Origin: a virus
Length of the DNA stretch: 64,000 nt
Strand: one strand, 5' to 3'
IMG/VR virus record: IMGVR_UViG_3300025769_010106
Location: 44,480 to 108,479 of that record
The translations under genes were made by a program, and so were the position numbers. Below are positions 9,198 to 19,808 of the stretch, in pieces; the stretch's first letter is position 1; each line of letters opens with the position of its first letter. The notes under the pieces were generated by a model that was not told the DNA's origin, made no database searches, and saw nothing but the letters and a program-made list of their open reading frames with translations.

Positions 9198-9422
9198 TTA
9201 TTGTCCGTACCAGTTATGTATTCCAAGGAACGCTGCGCCAAAGTAAAACATCTCCATTAGCATCCTAGGCATGTCACGATCTTTATAAGCAAAGTATGCC
9301 CATGCGGCGCAAGACACACTACTGAGTGCCCATCCCATCCATTGTATGCTGACTATGCCACTTGTTAAAATAAACAATGCTGTAACAGCACCCACAAACC
9401 CCAACCATCTTTGTATTCTCAT
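9198..9422 (-). CDS. small membrane protein
   Basis: Three hydrophobic helices; start overlaps the upstream stop. Confidence 0.7.
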   Translation of the reverse strand: MRIQRWLGFVGAVTALFILTSGIVSIQWMGWALSSVSCAAWAYFAYKDRDMPRMLMEMFYFGAAFLGIHNWYGQ

Positions 9423-10492
9423 GGTATTAATCCTAGTGCTTGCATCTGCACATTTTCGTAGTCTTCATCGTCTACAGTATAATCAAAGTAGTAGGGAACG
9501 CCATCTACTTCAATACTATATATGTTTAGAAGAGGACTCATCATATCCCAAATCTGCACAGGATCGGTTGTTCCAAAACTACTTAGCATATCTACTTGGC
9601 CCAGTGGCAAATATCCTAAACTAAGTCTTGGATCTGTTATATCCTTGCCATTGTCAATCATCCATTGATGGAATTCATCTATATCTTCGTTATGCCATTT
9701 ATGATCACCACCATATACTACATCTTTAGCCCACTCTATATCGAATTCACCACTATAATATTTTAAATCTGTAATTGCTTCGCATACTGTGTCAGTTAAC
9801 ATCGGAGCATCTTCGTCTCTCCATACTTCAAAGTATGTTTTTCCTATCTGACACCAGTGCATGTACACGCCACCAAACACACGATCATATCCGTTAGTCA
9901 CAAAGCCTGCACGATATTCATCTTCTAAGTGTAGACGCGGAGCGTTAAGAAATGTAGTAATCTGGCTGGGCCTTACCCACTCAGGTGCTAGGGCATCTTT
10001 AACTAAACTTAGTATGTATGTTTCCATCTCATGGCATAGGTTGTTTAATTGTCTAATACTATATTTTACTTTAGGAGATGCATTGTAATAATAATTACTT
10101 AAATTTCCAACTGTACCTTGTAATATTTCAAAATGATTATGTAAACGATTTAAAATATTGTGTTTGACATAATGCTGATGTCGAGAAAATTTATATTCTT
10201 TGGGATCAAACCAAACACTATCAGGCGTAAAGTGTTCTTCTATTCTGTAATCCAAATCACTTTTATTAATACGTTTTATATGCTTATTAAGTTCACTAAC
10301 CATAGCATGTAAGCCACGTGTCTGTTTTGGAAACCCCATAAAGCAAAAGTTCTTTTCTAGGTGTAGTCCGCGCTCAAGAATCTCTAATAGAGCAGTTTTC
10401 CATGCACGACCCAAGGGAATATCATGGGGAGTTATTGTGTAGTCTAACTCAACACCAGTTTCATGAGGACTTTTAAGAACTATTCGTATCAA
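9419..10492 (-). CDS. hypothetical protein of the modification operon
   Basis: 357 aa, coupled to neighbours; His-rich helices LNRLHNHFE and LNNLCHEME. Confidence 0.75.
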   Translation of the reverse strand: MIRIVLKSPHETGVELDYTITPHDIPLGRAWKTALLEILERGLHLEKNFCFMGFPKQTRGLHAMVSELNKHIKRINKSDLDYRIEEHFTPDSVWFDPKEYKFSRHQHYVKHNILNRLHNHFEILQGTVGNLSNYYYNASPKVKYSIRQLNNLCHEMETYILSLVKDALAPEWVRPSQITTFLNAPRLHLEDEYRAGFVTNGYDRVFGGVYMHWCQIGKTYFEVWRDEDAPMLTDTVCEAITDLKYYSGEFDIEWAKDVVYGGDHKWHNEDIDEFHQWMIDNGKDITDPRLSLGYLPLGQVDMLSSFGTTDPVQIWDMMSPLLNIYSIEVDGVPYYFDYTVDDEDYENVQMQALGLIP

Positions 10493-11750
10493 TACTTTCC
10501 CACCATTTTGCTAACTCAGTGTCGCGTAATGTATCAACGAACGGCATCCCGGCTCTTGCCGTATCTAGGCGTTCCATACGTCGCTTGGCCCGGGCTCTAG
10601 CCTTAGCATAGTCTTCGGGATACTCTTCCTCAAACGTAGGCCGTTTAATTAAGTTCATTAATACATCACGCATTGGACCTGATGTGTCAGGTAACACATC
10701 TGTTATTATAGCATGTAATATGTCTCTGGGCAAGAATAAAGGACTCATGGCAATATCAGGTGTGAACGCAAATGTAACTTTAGCAAGTATGTCTACACCC
10801 AAATCTGCTGCTAGTTTTTGTATATTGCGTATCTCAAATAAGCCTGGCACGGTTAGTGTAAAGTCTATACGCATTTGCCTACGGTATTTGCTAACAGCAA
10901 TACCCTGCTTGAAGTTTTCCAGCCACTGATCATATTTGAGTCCAGTGCGTATGTATTCTCCTACAGCACCAGTGCCATCCAAACTAGCACAAATCTGCCA
11001 GTCTCTTATCTTCGGCAATATATCAGTATAAAGGTTACAGCCACCAAACTCAATACGACTAAGGTTGGTATTGTATCTAGCGTATATACGTGGACCATCT
11101 CCTAGTTCAATAATACGTTGCATATAACGCCAGTGCTGTTCATACATAAGAGGCTCGCCGCCTACCCAGTATATTTCTTCAACACGATGTTCTTCCACTG
11201 CACAAGCAAACTCCTGTTCAACAGTATCTTTTTGAAACTTTTCTATTGCTTGCTTTACAGGCGTTTCCATCCAGGGTTCTATTTTGCCATCCATACGTGC
11301 TTCTGCTTCCCAACTGCTACTAAGCATTGGGCCGCACATACGACATTTAAAGTTACAGAGGTTAGTAAAACGATAGTCCCAACTCACAGGCTGCATACTA
11401 GTATAGCCCGTGTCATCTGTTGTTCGTGCTATGTCATCATACTTGTGTTTGAATAAATGCCAGAAGTAATCACGATAAACATCTGTGTTTAGTAATTTCT
11501 TGTCGCAAACCTCACACTCAGGTGGCAGTTCACCTGCTAGCATTTGACGGCGCACTCTGCGTATATGTTCACCGTTCCACCACTCATCCAGTGTTTGTGG
11601 CAAATATTCATTAGTGCCGGCGGCGGTGTCTATATACTGACGAAAGTTCTGAGCAGGTTCTCTGCTGGCACAACATAGCCTACGCTCTGTCTGTGGTGAC
11701 AGATAGGTGTGCGTCCAGGGTGCCATGCACAAGGTATCAGGTTTATTCAT
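10473..11750 (-). CDS. radical SAM enzyme with N-terminal twitch/SPASM-type domain
   Basis: CNFKCRMC, GGEPL, YNTN, ASLDG; N-terminal CMAPW..LCC..CEVC. Confidence 0.92.
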   Translation of the reverse strand: MNKPDTLCMAPWTHTYLSPQTERRLCCASREPAQNFRQYIDTAAGTNEYLPQTLDEWWNGEHIRRVRRQMLAGELPPECEVCDKKLLNTDVYRDYFWHLFKHKYDDIARTTDDTGYTSMQPVSWDYRFTNLCNFKCRMCGPMLSSSWEAEARMDGKIEPWMETPVKQAIEKFQKDTVEQEFACAVEEHRVEEIYWVGGEPLMYEQHWRYMQRIIELGDGPRIYARYNTNLSRIEFGGCNLYTDILPKIRDWQICASLDGTGAVGEYIRTGLKYDQWLENFKQGIAVSKYRRQMRIDFTLTVPGLFEIRNIQKLAADLGVDILAKVTFAFTPDIAMSPLFLPRDILHAIITDVLPDTSGPMRDVLMNLIKRPTFEEEYPEDYAKARARAKRRMERLDTARAGMPFVDTLRDTELAKWWESIDTNSS

Positions 11751-12312
11751 CTGCTAATGGAAATTCAAATTTCCCATCTGCTGCTTTCCTAAACAAGTCC
11801 GATACCCACTGATGCCATTCTGGTGCATAATGATGTCCCAATTTACTGATTGGCCATCGGTCGGGATGGTCGATATAGGGTATCAGATCATAAAGAGTCA
11901 TATCAATCAAGCGACATTGATTCTGCTCACAAATTGATTTCAAATCTATTAGATTCCTAGAAAAGTTTTTCCTACACCAGTCATCGTCGTGTGTTTCCAT
12001 AAAATAGATTCGATTACTGCATGTAGGAAGACTCTGATAAAACTTTCCATCTTTTTGATATTCAAATCTACTCCAATCTGGCCAAAGACAGTAGACTATG
12101 TTTGGTTTATGTTCCGGTACGAGATCTTGTGCCAGACGAACAACCTGATCACCGCTGGCTGATCCAACCCCAAAATTCTTAGCCCCTAACAGATAAGGCC
12201 AGGTTTCGTTGTTTTCTACTCCAACACCCCAGGTATGGCTGCAACCAAATGCTATAGAATCCGAATTGGTGATTTTATTCCTAAATTTCAGTGGATTTTC
12301 ACTCATAGCCAA
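11743..12312 (-). CDS. SGNH/GDSL-like esterase or O-acyltransferase
   Basis: AFGCSHTWG (block I), ETWP, NFGVGSAS (block II), C-terminal GHH. Confidence 0.6.
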   Translation of the reverse strand: MAMSENPLKFRNKITNSDSIAFGCSHTWGVGVENNETWPYLLGAKNFGVGSASGDQVVRLAQDLVPEHKPNIVYCLWPDWSRFEYQKDGKFYQSLPTCSNRIYFMETHDDDWCRKNFSRNLIDLKSICEQNQCRLIDMTLYDLIPYIDHPDRWPISKLGHHYAPEWHQWVSDLFRKAADGKFEFPLADE

Positions 12313-13532
12313 GACTTTCTGCCAGCTCCCATAGCTATAGCAATAGGCGTGTGTGTTTCTAGAAAACTTTCATTTCTGAATTCGTCTGCCTTTTTCATCA
12401 ACCTTACAAATTTTTCACCATCACCAGTTGGACCATTTTTTATAAATTGTATTATTTTTTTTATTTCGTCTCTGTGTTGAGGAGGGAAATGATCCTGAGT
12501 TAGCCTATTAATAACTAAGTCTTTTGCTGCTTTAGTCATCTCACCTATATTCATATGCCTAGGGTCATGTAGCATATTAAAGTGATCGTAATCAAAATTC
12601 TGTTTTGAAACCCAGTCACAAAGATCCTTTAAATAGTAAACGTTTTGAGCGTTTATTGTCATACAAATTTGTAGTTGAATATTATCATTCTGCTCTCTTA
12701 AAATTTTAAACTTTTTGATATTTTCCTGTACCTGCTCCCAATCAGCACCATATCGTTCAAGTTCAAATCGTTTACCTACGTTATCAATACTAAATGCTAT
12801 TTCCACATACTTAAATTGTTTCCAAAGATCTATATGCTGTTCAGGATAGTGTGTGCCATTTGTATTATAATGTATTTCTATATTTTTTGCCAGATCCAGA
12901 TCAACAGCCCGTTGTAGGAGATTGAAGTGTTCCTGAATCATAAATGGTTCTCCGCCAGTAAATTCAAAGTGACGAATATTTGGTAGTATAGTTTCCATAT
13001 GCTCCCAAAAAATGTCACTTTCCCTAGGCCATCTTCCTTGCTTTAACCACGTATGTGCAATATTAAATTTAGTATCTGCCTTCCATTCTTTTTTATGATA
13101 TTCAATTTCTTCTGCTGCCCATTTGCTACTACTCCAACTGCCGCATATGCGACATTTAAGGTTACATATGTTACCCAACTTTAAATCTAAAAACCAAATA
13201 TCTTCAGGTTGAATGTTACTGTAATCTATTTTTTCACGTTCGTGTTTAAAACGTATGTCTGTATTCATACGCTTACTGGTTCTTCCAGCATCCTCTTCGT
13301 CCCAACAACGTTGACATGTTTTAGGACGCTCACCTTTTAGAAATTGTTCACGTAAATCTTTCATATAGTCACTCTGAAAGATATCTTTTAGTGTATGTTC
13401 TTTAAGATCATATTTCTCGCCATTTGGCTGGAGAATTTCATCTATAGCCATACAGCATGGACGAGTTGTGCCGAGTGGTGTTGTTTCTAAACTTACCCAG
13501 GGCAACATACATAAGGTTTTAGGGTTTTGCAC
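12303..13532 (-). CDS. radical SAM enzyme with N-terminal twitch domain
   Basis: CNLKCRIC, GGEPF, YNTNGT, FSID; CMLPW..RPCC..CQRC. Confidence 0.92.
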   Translation of the reverse strand: MQNPKTLCMLPWVSLETTPLGTTRPCCMAIDEILQPNGEKYDLKEHTLKDIFQSDYMKDLREQFLKGERPKTCQRCWDEEDAGRTSKRMNTDIRFKHEREKIDYSNIQPEDIWFLDLKLGNICNLKCRICGSWSSSKWAAEEIEYHKKEWKADTKFNIAHTWLKQGRWPRESDIFWEHMETILPNIRHFEFTGGEPFMIQEHFNLLQRAVDLDLAKNIEIHYNTNGTHYPEQHIDLWKQFKYVEIAFSIDNVGKRFELERYGADWEQVQENIKKFKILREQNDNIQLQICMTINAQNVYYLKDLCDWVSKQNFDYDHFNMLHDPRHMNIGEMTKAAKDLVINRLTQDHFPPQHRDEIKKIIQFIKNGPTGDGEKFVRLMKKADEFRNESFLETHTPIAIAMGAGRKSWL

Positions 13533-14847
13533 GAGCCGGCTCCAGTTCAGGAAAAGTTTTCCAGAAGTCTTCTTTTCTGAAGTTATCTAATTTTGCTACT
13601 TCAAATTCAAATCTTTCCCAGTTTTTTTCATAATTATCCTTAGCATTTAAGAAACTTATTACACCTTCTAAACCAGTTGATGCCCTGTTAAGTGAATCTT
13701 GAGGTCTTAACCATTCAATATGCTTCCTATATGCAGGTTCAATAACTTCCTTCTTAAACCAAGTTGGGAATATATCTATTCTGTACCAATCAGGACTTTG
13801 ACATATATTAATATTTAAGTCTTTAGGTTGTATGAACCCACGCTCTACCCAATCACGATGAAAATCAAGCACATGTAATACATTTTGACTTGTAATAGTT
13901 GCACTAATATAGAAGTCTATATGTGGAACTTCTTCAATCATTCTCTGTCTGTTTTCTTCTGTTTTTTTCCACACGGCACCCTTGCGTATTAGTTCCCCTT
14001 GTTTGCCCATTCCGTCTAGACTTGCACCAATACTAACATTATTAAAGTGTTTCCAATACTCTATGACATGTTTGTCTTTATATCTAAGTTCACTAAAGTT
14101 AGTGTTATATAGTAAACGTACATTTGTCTTTCCATGCTCGATAAGTTTTTCAAGTAGATAATAATGCTCTTTCATTATAAGCGGTTCGCCGCCTGCAAAA
14201 TATACTTGTTCTAAGTATGGTATATGCTTTTCCATTTGAGCGATCATACCATCTTCATCACCAGTCGTATATTCAACTCTTGCCATATCTCTGCCAAGTA
14301 CATCTGGTTTGACACCATAGAGTCCTATATAATCCTCATACCAATTACTACTAAAAATAGGGCCACAACTTCTACATTTAAAATTACAGAGGTTACTAAA
14401 CCTAACATCCCAGTATCTTATTTTAAACTCATCATGGTTACCATCTTGACTTGTTTTATCAAGGTCCTTGATTAAATGACCATAGTTACGATTAGCATCA
14501 TTACGCATACTGAAGAAACCATTTTCTTCTTGTTCATAACATTTACCACATTCAACACAAGTATTTTCTTCCATCATGTTCTTGCGTAATCTTTTATAAC
14601 CTTCTTGATTCCAAACTTCCTCCATTGTATTCTTTCTTAGATCACCAACTGGATGCCAGTAATCAGCAAAACAACAGGGATATGCTCTGCCGTCCGGAAA
14701 CGCATGCATATGTACCCATGGAAGCATACAGAATCGTTTGCTCTCAATGAGTTTAAATTTTTCGTCTTCAGTTAATTTTTCTAATTCAATGAAGTGTGGT
14801 TTACGTTCATCATATTTGAAATTTTTGTAAAAGTCCTTGTTAGACAT
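13519..14847 (-). CDS. radical SAM enzyme with N-terminal twitch domain
   Basis: CNFKCRSC, AGGEPL, YNTN, ASLDG; CMLPW..YPCC..CGKC. Confidence 0.92.
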   Translation of the reverse strand: MSNKDFYKNFKYDERKPHFIELEKLTEDEKFKLIESKRFCMLPWVHMHAFPDGRAYPCCFADYWHPVGDLRKNTMEEVWNQEGYKRLRKNMMEENTCVECGKCYEQEENGFFSMRNDANRNYGHLIKDLDKTSQDGNHDEFKIRYWDVRFSNLCNFKCRSCGPIFSSNWYEDYIGLYGVKPDVLGRDMARVEYTTGDEDGMIAQMEKHIPYLEQVYFAGGEPLIMKEHYYLLEKLIEHGKTNVRLLYNTNFSELRYKDKHVIEYWKHFNNVSIGASLDGMGKQGELIRKGAVWKKTEENRQRMIEEVPHIDFYISATITSQNVLHVLDFHRDWVERGFIQPKDLNINICQSPDWYRIDIFPTWFKKEVIEPAYRKHIEWLRPQDSLNRASTGLEGVISFLNAKDNYEKNWERFEFEVAKLDNFRKEDFWKTFPELEPARAKP

Positions 14848-16186
14848 TCTGATACCAATCCTTCAATTCTGGAAATACTGAGATTAAGTCCTTTTTTCTA
14901 CGCACGTCATACTGACTATAAAACTTTTTAAAGTCATTGTGTAGTTTAGGCATTTCAAATGCTTCACTGTGCGGTGTTTCTACTGTACGCAAATATGTTA
15001 CCAGTCGTTCCAACTGTCCTTGTTCAAACTGGTGCATGGGTGTACTACGGTTAAGAAACTTGGGTGCCCAGCGTTTGTATAGGTCTTCCAATTTATCAGC
15101 GTGACGATTGCGTATATCCAATGGAAGTACTAGTGCCGACTGGAAACTTGGAAAGCGTAATATATTTAAACTGAATACTGCAAAATTATTCCCTAACAGT
15201 CTTCTTGTTTGTAATATTTGCTCGATTAGGTCTGGTAGTGTCTCCAAGCACAGCGCATTAACTGTCATCATGCAATGTGTGCCAACGCCTGCCTCACTCA
15301 ATCTGCAAATATTTTCCCACCAATAGTCCCAATCTAATCCGTCACGTATATATTCTGCAGGCGCCCCTACTGCTTCACAACTGGTGTAAACATCCAAGCT
15401 AGGCAAGTAATTACGAGCATCAATTAGTCTGTCAATTAACTCACCCTTGCCTCCTAAGTTACTATTAATAGCAAGTTTGGTTTGGCTTTTGTCTGCGTTT
15501 GCTTTGAACCAATCTATTAAACGCCACAAGTCTGCGCTCATTGTTGGCTCACCGCCGGTAACTCGTAGTTCACGTAATGTTTTATGTAAGTCTGTATCCC
15601 ACCATTTAAAAAATGCTTCTACGTAAGGATTTCTATCCTCCACCCCATAAAGCTGGCTACTACTATGAACGTGAGTAAAGTGGTTACGGCCATCACTAAC
15701 AAGGCCCTTATAACTGCCATTTGTTTTTAGGTCCTTTACCCATGTGGTGCTAAAAGCAGGATTACAGTAACTACAAGCAAAATTGCAGGTACGATCAAAT
15801 GCAATTTCGAGTGTACGGAGATTGACGTCAATATCATGCGGGCTATTTCGTGCATCTTGTAATTCCTCATCAGTATATATCTTGCTCTTATATACACGGT
15901 CACTTATAAAATTAGGACCCATATCTTCAATTTTCCAACAATACTCACAGCCGGTTGGACGCTCTCCACACTGCATTTGTCGCCGCTGTTCTTTTTTCTC
16001 TGGTGTATTGTGTAACAATTTTGGATTAGTTTCAACAGCAACAGGATCTACTTTATGTGGTAATGGATGATGGCAACTAGTAGTCATGCCAGATCCTAAC
16101 CAGATAGTAGCATTATACCATTTAGCACCACAAAAGGTCGGACTAAGTTTGTCTAGAACTTCCTGTTTATAAATTAAGTCATCCAT
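14840..16186 (-). CDS. radical SAM enzyme with N-terminal twitch-like domain (SCHH type)
   Basis: CNFACSYC, TGGEPT, INSN; FCGAKW..SCHH..CEYC. Confidence 0.92.
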   Translation of the reverse strand: MDDLIYKQEVLDKLSPTFCGAKWYNATIWLGSGMTTSCHHPLPHKVDPVAVETNPKLLHNTPEKKEQRRQMQCGERPTGCEYCWKIEDMGPNFISDRVYKSKIYTDEELQDARNSPHDIDVNLRTLEIAFDRTCNFACSYCNPAFSTTWVKDLKTNGSYKGLVSDGRNHFTHVHSSSQLYGVEDRNPYVEAFFKWWDTDLHKTLRELRVTGGEPTMSADLWRLIDWFKANADKSQTKLAINSNLGGKGELIDRLIDARNYLPSLDVYTSCEAVGAPAEYIRDGLDWDYWWENICRLSEAGVGTHCMMTVNALCLETLPDLIEQILQTRRLLGNNFAVFSLNILRFPSFQSALVLPLDIRNRHADKLEDLYKRWAPKFLNRSTPMHQFEQGQLERLVTYLRTVETPHSEAFEMPKLHNDFKKFYSQYDVRRKKDLISVFPELKDWYQNV

Positions 16187-17546
16187 TTGCTATATACCTA
16201 CATTCATCCCAAAATTCTCTCATCTCAGGAAATGTTTGTTCAAAGTTTGTGCCGCGGCGACGATCATGCTCACTAAAAAATCTATAAAAGTCTGCTCTGC
16301 GCGTGTCCACATCACTTACATTATCCACACCCTGCATCCAGACTAGATCACGTCTCATCTTTAGTACTTCGTAGTCCTTAAATCCGTGCATCTCATCTAA
16401 ATTTGATTCCATAAATTTTATACAGTCTTTAAGATATAACTGATATGCCGGAGTTAATATCTGCATACTTTGCCATTCAGGAGTATACAGTAATGGAGTA
16501 TCAAACCAAATACGCTGATAACTTTTGGTATAAGTCTTGCGAAGGTATAAAATATATTCTAGCAGTCTTTTCAAACTAATAATATTAAGATTACTCATAG
16601 TAATTATTAGAGTTAAACTACTGCGATAGGGAATGTCGCGCACAAATCTTTCTATGCGTGACTTACAAAGTTCAAAGTCAAGTCCATGTCTAATATATTC
16701 AGCCTGTGCACCCCAGGTATCTAAGCTAACAAACTGCATGAAGTGTTCAATCTTTTCACCCTGTGTAAGCTGATGTATATAACCCATATAGTTTTCAAAA
16801 ATATAATCATCTGTACTAAAGTTACTAGTAGTGTTTAAATGCAAATCTTTTTTAGGATTATCAAGCACATAATCAAACACACGATAGGTATTTGGATCCA
16901 TGGTAGGTTCGCCACCAGTCATACGAAAATGTTTTAGGTCTTTGTATAGATCAGGCCACCAACGCCAGAATGCTTCACGGTATGGATTGGCATCTTTATT
17001 GGGGATTGGTTTGCGTTCACCAATAAAATGTGCAGGATCATTATGTGGTGTGCTAGTAGGATAAGAACCATACTGCTTGGCTTCGCGTTCCCAGGTACTA
17101 CTAAACTGTGGGCTACAATAACTGCACTTCAAATTGCAAGCGTGATTAAAGTTAACTTCTACATAACTTGGATTTACATCTGCTTGTGGATTTGCTACAA
17201 TATCAGCAAATGATTCCATAGCCCAGGGTTCACCACTGCGATAATGACGATCACTGATTGCGTTAGGTTGACTTTCAATATTCCAACAGTAGTTGCATTC
17301 AGTACACTTGACACCCTGTATCATTTCAGCACGGCGCTCTTTCTTATGTGCAGTATTATGCAGGGCACTTGGATTGTCTGCAAGCGGCTCAACAGGAATG
17401 CGATGCAGTGGGGGATGGTAGCAACTATTGGTATGTCCGGTTGTTAAGTGTAGACTAACCTGTTTCCATTTAGCCAGGCAGAAACTATCGCTCACAGTAG
17501 CGAGTTTATACTTTGCTATATTAGCATCAAAAAGGTAATCACTCAC
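16179..17546 (-). CDS. radical SAM enzyme with N-terminal twitch-like domain (SCYH type)
   Basis: CNLKCSYC, TGGEPT, VSLD; FCLAKW..SCYH..CNYC. Confidence 0.92.
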   Translation of the reverse strand: MSDYLFDANIAKYKLATVSDSFCLAKWKQVSLHLTTGHTNSCYHPPLHRIPVEPLADNPSALHNTAHKKERRAEMIQGVKCTECNYCWNIESQPNAISDRHYRSGEPWAMESFADIVANPQADVNPSYVEVNFNHACNLKCSYCSPQFSSTWEREAKQYGSYPTSTPHNDPAHFIGERKPIPNKDANPYREAFWRWWPDLYKDLKHFRMTGGEPTMDPNTYRVFDYVLDNPKKDLHLNTTSNFSTDDYIFENYMGYIHQLTQGEKIEHFMQFVSLDTWGAQAEYIRHGLDFELCKSRIERFVRDIPYRSSLTLIITMSNLNIISLKRLLEYILYLRKTYTKSYQRIWFDTPLLYTPEWQSMQILTPAYQLYLKDCIKFMESNLDEMHGFKDYEVLKMRRDLVWMQGVDNVSDVDTRRADFYRFFSEHDRRRGTNFEQTFPEMREFWDECRYIANG

Positions 17547-18469
17547 CAGCCTTCGGCCTTTCTAATAACTTCTATTTCTGTAGTCATAGGATCGTATGCA
17601 TGATAGGTTTGACTATAATAGTGCTTGAAGAATCTACTTTGTTCTGGTGTGTAATCAACGATTGGTAATTCAAGTTTACGTCTTAGTATAGCACCATATT
17701 CAGTAAAGTTTTCATCCCCAATATCCCATTCTTCTTCCCAAATTCTATCCAAACTAGCAAAGTCTCTAACTTCATGCCAGTCCCAATCAGTACACATTAG
17801 TTTATATGTACCGTACCTAGCACCATACATTGCCTCAAACCCATATTGTGCGTCAGCACCAACACTGTGCCAAACACAGAGCTTGTCAAAGTTTTTAGCA
17901 TGTACCTGTTGCTTAAATTCTTCTACAGTAGGCTTGCGTCCTTTGTTAAGGCACATCTTAACGCCTTCTCTAAAACCAGCACGGAACGCATGTCTAGCAC
18001 TACCATTAGGATATGTAGTACTATAAACATTGTTCATTGCAAGATACTTGTCGTCAAAGCAAAACTCTACTACAGTTTCATCTGTACCGTCAGTTGCTTC
18101 ATGTGTCTGCATATTATTAACAAACTCACGTGTCCAGCAACTAAGTCCACCGTTGCCATACATAAGCCCGTTTATATTATTGCGAGCTTTCCAACGAAAC
18201 ACGCAATCAGCATATTCCTCTTTTATATCTAATACAAGATTGAAAAACGATTCATCAGGTATGTTGTCACCGTCTATGAGAACAAAGCGTTCTGTTTCAC
18301 TTACTGCTGCCGCTGCTTTGTGTGCTGCATCACTTCCTTGCACACCATCCACACGTTTGGCCCAGGGAACCATATTTTGGATTTGAATCCAGAACTCTTC
18401 CTTTTTAGGTTCGTCAAATGAAAGATAGATGCAGTCTAGATCTGCAATATCAATTATTTGTCCAGCCAC
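17543..18469 (-). CDS. putative GT-A-fold glycosyltransferase
   Basis: FVLIDGDN (DxD) after AHKAAA helix; YGNGGL; paralogous to the C-terminal domain of 3080..5389. Confidence 0.6.
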   Translation of the reverse strand: MAGQIIDIADLDCIYLSFDEPKKEEFWIQIQNMVPWAKRVDGVQGSDAAHKAAAAVSETERFVLIDGDNIPDESFFNLVLDIKEEYADCVFRWKARNNINGLMYGNGGLSCWTREFVNNMQTHEATDGTDETVVEFCFDDKYLAMNNVYSTTYPNGSARHAFRAGFREGVKMCLNKGRKPTVEEFKQQVHAKNFDKLCVWHSVGADAQYGFEAMYGARYGTYKLMCTDWDWHEVRDFASLDRIWEEEWDIGDENFTEYGAILRRKLELPIVDYTPEQSRFFKHYYSQTYHAYDPMTTEIEVIRKAEGW

Positions 18470-18684
18470 TCGTGCAACCTTGCTACATCTTGGTCACTGT
18501 CTATACATACACGAATACCACGTGCATACACTGTGCGGTCTAGTTCATAGCTAGAACTAAATGACTGTTCACAAAACAATTTTAGCTCTGTGAATAGTTC
18601 TTGATTGTCTCTAAATTGAGCATCATAAATTATATCACCTGAATTTGCCACATGTGGTAGAGGAACATATACTTCATTCTGCAT
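18454..18684 (-). CDS. hypothetical protein
   Basis: AGGAG SD; overlaps both neighbours. Confidence 0.65.
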   Translation of the reverse strand: MQNEVYVPLPHVANSGDIIYDAQFRDNQELFTELKLFCEQSFSSSYELDRTVYARGIRVCIDSDQDVARLHEWLDK

Positions 18685-18991
18685 TTTCTATCTCCTTTAT
18701 ACAAAAATATGGATTATTTTTTAATGTAATTGCTGGTGTGGCTTGCCAGTAAACATGGACGGCTGTATCTATATCAACGATTTTGCCATCCTGAACACGC
18801 TGTCTTATAGGATATACCAGTGTATCCTCTGATATAACGATATAGTCTTCAGTCCAGTGTTCAGCTTTATTTACATGACAATAGTTAATAATTTCACCAG
18901 TTTCTTTATTGTAGCGCAAACGAACCTCAAGTTCAACCTTAGTGCGATTGCCTAATAATTCAACTATTAATTTTTTTAACTCTGTACTCAT
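18674..18991 (-). CDS. hypothetical protein
   Basis: 105 aa, overlapping operon gene. Confidence 0.65.
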   Translation of the reverse strand: MSTELKKLIVELLGNRTKVELEVRLRYNKETGEIINYCHVNKAEHWTEDYIVISEDTLVYPIRQRVQDGKIVDIDTAVHVYWQATPAITLKNNPYFCIKEIENAE

Positions 18992-19808
18992 ATCTATCTA
19001 TCAATTCTGGAGTGCAAAATGTTTTATCGTAATAGTGGAATGGATACTGTTGTGCATATCCGCCTACAATTAAATCAAAATCGTCTGTTAGTGTCCATGA
19101 TACAGCATCCTGCCAGCGCATACTATTCTTCCAGTTATTAATTGCCGGCTTCATATGTGTAAACGTCGGATAACTTAATTTATTTGAACAAGGTATTCCA
19201 AGATTTAACTGTGCTAGCGCATAAAGAACATCAGTGTCAGGTTTGTCATAGATACTATACTCAAGAACACTGTCACGCAACTCAGCCCAATGGTGTATCG
19301 CCTGCTCAATAGCTCTACAGAAGCCCACACTAGTCCTACTGTACCTAAAATATGAAAACCCATTATAAGCATCATCAAGCTGATTGGCATCAAAAAACTT
19401 CCTGTAGTAACGTGTTTGGGCAATATTACCCTGGTAATCTCTTACACTATTAGTATAGCACACATCATTTAATCTACAACCGTTCCACCAGTGATCCAAA
19501 CTGCGAGGAATAATCATGTCACTTTCTACTTTAAATGTTTCCTTAAAGGGTGTAACATTTATAATCCATGCTTCGTTGTAGAAAGGTTCTGTGCGTGGTA
19601 CTGTAATTATGTGATCAAATATCTTACGTTGCTGTTCTGTAATAGTTGCCTCAGATTCAGCATCAACTACTACGGCAAATCTGTTGTGCTTACAAGTTGC
19701 CTTTACGCTTAGAGCAAGTAAGTAGGCGAGGTCAACATAGTTTGTTGCCTTACTGTTCTGTGCAAATGTTAGCCAACCCTGTGGCTCATCCTTGGGTTGC
19801 ATACGCAT
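18960..19808 (-). CDS. putative GT8-like glycosyltransferase
   Basis: YVDLAYLLALSVK, TPFKETFKVESDM (DxD-like), FSYF, PDTDV, HMKP; paralogous to the next ORF. Confidence 0.6.
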   Translation of the reverse strand: MRMQPKDEPQGWLTFAQNSKATNYVDLAYLLALSVKATCKHNRFAVVVDAESEATITEQQRKIFDHIITVPRTEPFYNEAWIINVTPFKETFKVESDMIIPRSLDHWWNGCRLNDVCYTNSVRDYQGNIAQTRYYRKFFDANQLDDAYNGFSYFRYSRTSVGFCRAIEQAIHHWAELRDSVLEYSIYDKPDTDVLYALAQLNLGIPCSNKLSYPTFTHMKPAINNWKNSMRWQDAVSWTLTDDFDLIVGGYAQQYPFHYYDKTFCTPELIDRYEYRVKKINS

